A DNA stretch of 64,000 bases from Candidatus Saccharimonadota bacterium (GTDB lineage Bacteria; Patescibacteriota; Saccharimonadia; Saccharimonadales; Saccharimonadaceae), in the NCBI GenBank assembly GCA_017510705.1, contig JAFWMO010000010.1:8678-72677 (forward strand), read 5' to 3'. Below, one piece after another: positions 62,602-64,000 of this stretch (its first letter is position 1; each line of letters starts with the position of its first letter). The translations under genes were made by a program, and so were the position numbers. The notes under the pieces are model-generated. The model was not told where the DNA came from, ran no database searches, and was given only the letters and a program-made list of their open reading frames with translations.

Positions 62602-64000
62602 CTATTTCTTTGGATTGGAGAGAGTAGCAGAGATCACACTGATACAAGTGCCTTTTCCGTCTCGGTTGGAGGCGGAGAGATTAATTGAAAAATTCTTAAC
62701 GGTTATTCCTTTGTAGGTGAGCGTCTTAGTCTCATTATGGGCAAATTTAGTCCATTCACTGGCGCTAGTGCCTGGATAAGGTGGCTGGTAAACCCATAAT
62801 CTAGCTGAAGCGCTATCTTCAGAGTGCGTTCCACCTACCGCTTTGATTGTGACGCTCACATCAGTATAGAAGCGTCTATTATAGACACTACCACCACCAA
62901 CGCTTACTTCGACTAAACAATAATTCCCGCTTGCAAGTGGTACATTTGGATTACAATTTGCATACCTCGCAAAGTTGTAAAAGCGATTAATTCCTAGATG
63001 ATCGGGATTGTAATTATAATACGAATCGTAGTCTGCTGCTGGGTATGCATAATACTCATCCGTCCAATCCGTCGTGCAGACACTGTTGCCATTCCTGTCT
63101 ACATACGCACTGCCGCGGATAATCTCAACAGAGTATGGCACCCAGATAGCATAGAGTGTCATCGACCCACCCTCTGCCGGGGCTTTGACCTGTTTGCCTT
63201 CATTATAGGCAGTACCGCCATCACATTTGCCGGTATTGTTGTTGACTTTTACTGTGCACCAACCCCAGAAGACATAATTTGCTCTGGTAAATCTATTGTT
63301 GTTATAAGCGATGTTGGTCTTTTCGCCAGCCAGAATAGTGGTGCTCGGAACACTCCCGACGCCGCCATTGGAGTTGTAATAAATAGTGTAGCTTGGAATC
63401 TTCTTCCACACTGCAAAGAGCTTTAATGTCTTACCTACGTTGCTGGCAATCGTGCTAGCACTGATGGTGGCCTTGTTGCCATAAGCAGTGTACCCGCCAG
63501 GGCAAGTACTGCCAGATGTGATAGTGGTACACCAGCCGACAAAAGTGTAGCCTGTGCGAGTGAATTTATTGGAATTAAGAGTGCCATCGGATCCAGCATA
63601 AATCTTTTGGTCCGACATAGTGCCGCTAGTAGCACCATTGCCGTTGTAAGCAACGGTCATAAAGTTTCTCTTCCACATAGCATAAAGATTGAAAGTTTCT
63701 TCTTTGGTAGGCTTAATCTCTGCGCCATCGCTATATTTGGTGCCGGTGCAAGATTTGCCAACATCCATTTTTACTGTACACCAGCCGTTAAAAGTATGGT
63801 TGGCATAGACAAAAGTATTGGCGGCCAGTTTGGTCTTGACGCCAATTGTGATTTTGTCTTGAGTTTTGCTAGTACTAGTGCCGTCGTTTGCATAAAAAAT
63901 GACCTTCGCGAATTTTTCTGCAAAGATGGGGTACATATTGATCTGGCGATTATAAGAGAGCCAAGGTGGAGCGGTCCAGCTGGCGTATTGAGTGCCATTG
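62602..64000 (-). CDS. surface protein with Listeria-Bacteroides (Flg_new / InlB B-repeat) repeats, 5' end beyond the window
   Basis: Repeated units of the form F.GWCT....C.G..Y..G (FNGWCTVKMD, FVGWCTTITS, FWGWCTVKVN). The frame stays open upstream of ATG 63936 to position 64000. Confidence 0.7.
   Translation of the reverse strand, partial: NGTQYASWTAPPWLSYNRQINMYPIFAEKFAKVIFYANDGTSTSKTQDKITIGVKTKLAANTFVYANHTFNGWCTVKMDVGKSCTGTKYSDGAEIKPTKEETFNLYAMWKRNFMTVAYNGNGATSGTMSDQKIYAGSDGTLNSNKFTRTGYTFVGWCTTITSGSTCPGGYTAYGNKATISASTIASNVGKTLKLFAVWKKIPSYTIYYNSNGGVGSVPSTTILAGEKTNIAYNNNRFTRANYVFWGWCTVKVNNNTGKCDGGTAYNEGKQVKAPAEGGSMTLYAIWVPYSVEIIRGSAYVDRNGNSVCTTDWTDEYYAYPAADYDSYYNYNPDHLGINRFYNFARYANCNPNVPLASGNYCLVEVSVGGGSVYNRRFYTDVSVTIKAVGGTHSEDSASARLWVYQPPYPGTSASEWTKFAHNETKTLTYKGITVKNFSINLSASNRDGKGTCISVISATLSNPKK

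Noticed and set aside
1-64000. Alternative genetic code (UGA as a sense codon, as in some CPR lineages)
   Set aside because: Long conserved ORFs are uninterrupted under the standard code, and TGA is used as a stop (e.g. the M50 protease at 6357..6359).
1-64000. CRISPR arrays, rRNA genes, transposases and prophage blocks
   Set aside because: I noticed no regularly spaced direct repeats, no rRNA signatures and no transposase or phage structural genes. The only recombinase is a chromosomal Xer-type enzyme.

Overview
This is a 64-kb chromosomal window from a compact, moderately AT-rich bacterial genome that uses the standard code (UGA is a stop, e.g. at 6357). Several traits suggest a Patescibacteria/CPR organism, possibly Saccharibacteria-like; this placement is an inference, not proven. 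The traits are short housekeeping operons, truncated multidomain enzymes (ThrRS without TGS, short Rel, short HolA), a type-2 IleRS, many small membrane or secreted proteins, and FISUMP and Listeria-Bacteroides-repeat surface proteins. I call about 70 CDS, mostly on the minus strand. They include comM, infC-rpmI-rplT-rpmB, miaA, thrS, rel, parAB, rplU, ileS, nrdR-ftsZ-ftsA-map-adk, rpsU, rpsT, holA, mutM, polA, dnaG-rpoD, mscL, orn, argS, an amino-acid ABC transporter, ackA and a Xer-type recombinase. RNA genes are tmRNA (1299..1656), RNase P RNA (5000..5334, minus) and five tRNAs (Val-TAC, Thr-CGT, Asp-GTC, Gly-CCC, Arg-CCT). I saw no rRNA, CRISPR array, transposase or prophage. The most interesting observations are these. 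(1) A family of GC-rich palindromic mini-elements sits in frame inside polA, argS and a lipid-kinase gene and forms the 3' end of dnaG, reminiscent of Rickettsia palindromic elements; a further AT-rich palindromic element forms the 3' end of ileS. (2) A stand-alone 146-aa protein carries only the NrdD glycyl-radical motif, behind a promoter overlapped by tandem NrdR-box-like palindromes, while the NrdR encoded here has lost all four zinc-ribbon cysteines; DnaG has lost its zinc ligands too. (3) A riboswitch- or attenuator-like leader with mutually exclusive terminator and antiterminator lies upstream of a secreted FISUMP protein. (4) At least 14 genes have a TGNTATAAT extended -10 exactly 6 nt upstream of the ATG, implying leaderless mRNAs, and three divergent gene pairs share overlapping back-to-back -10 boxes. 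(5) parB is split at an A6 run. (6) The 3' ends of tRNA-Val and tRNA-Arg are duplicated just downstream of each gene.
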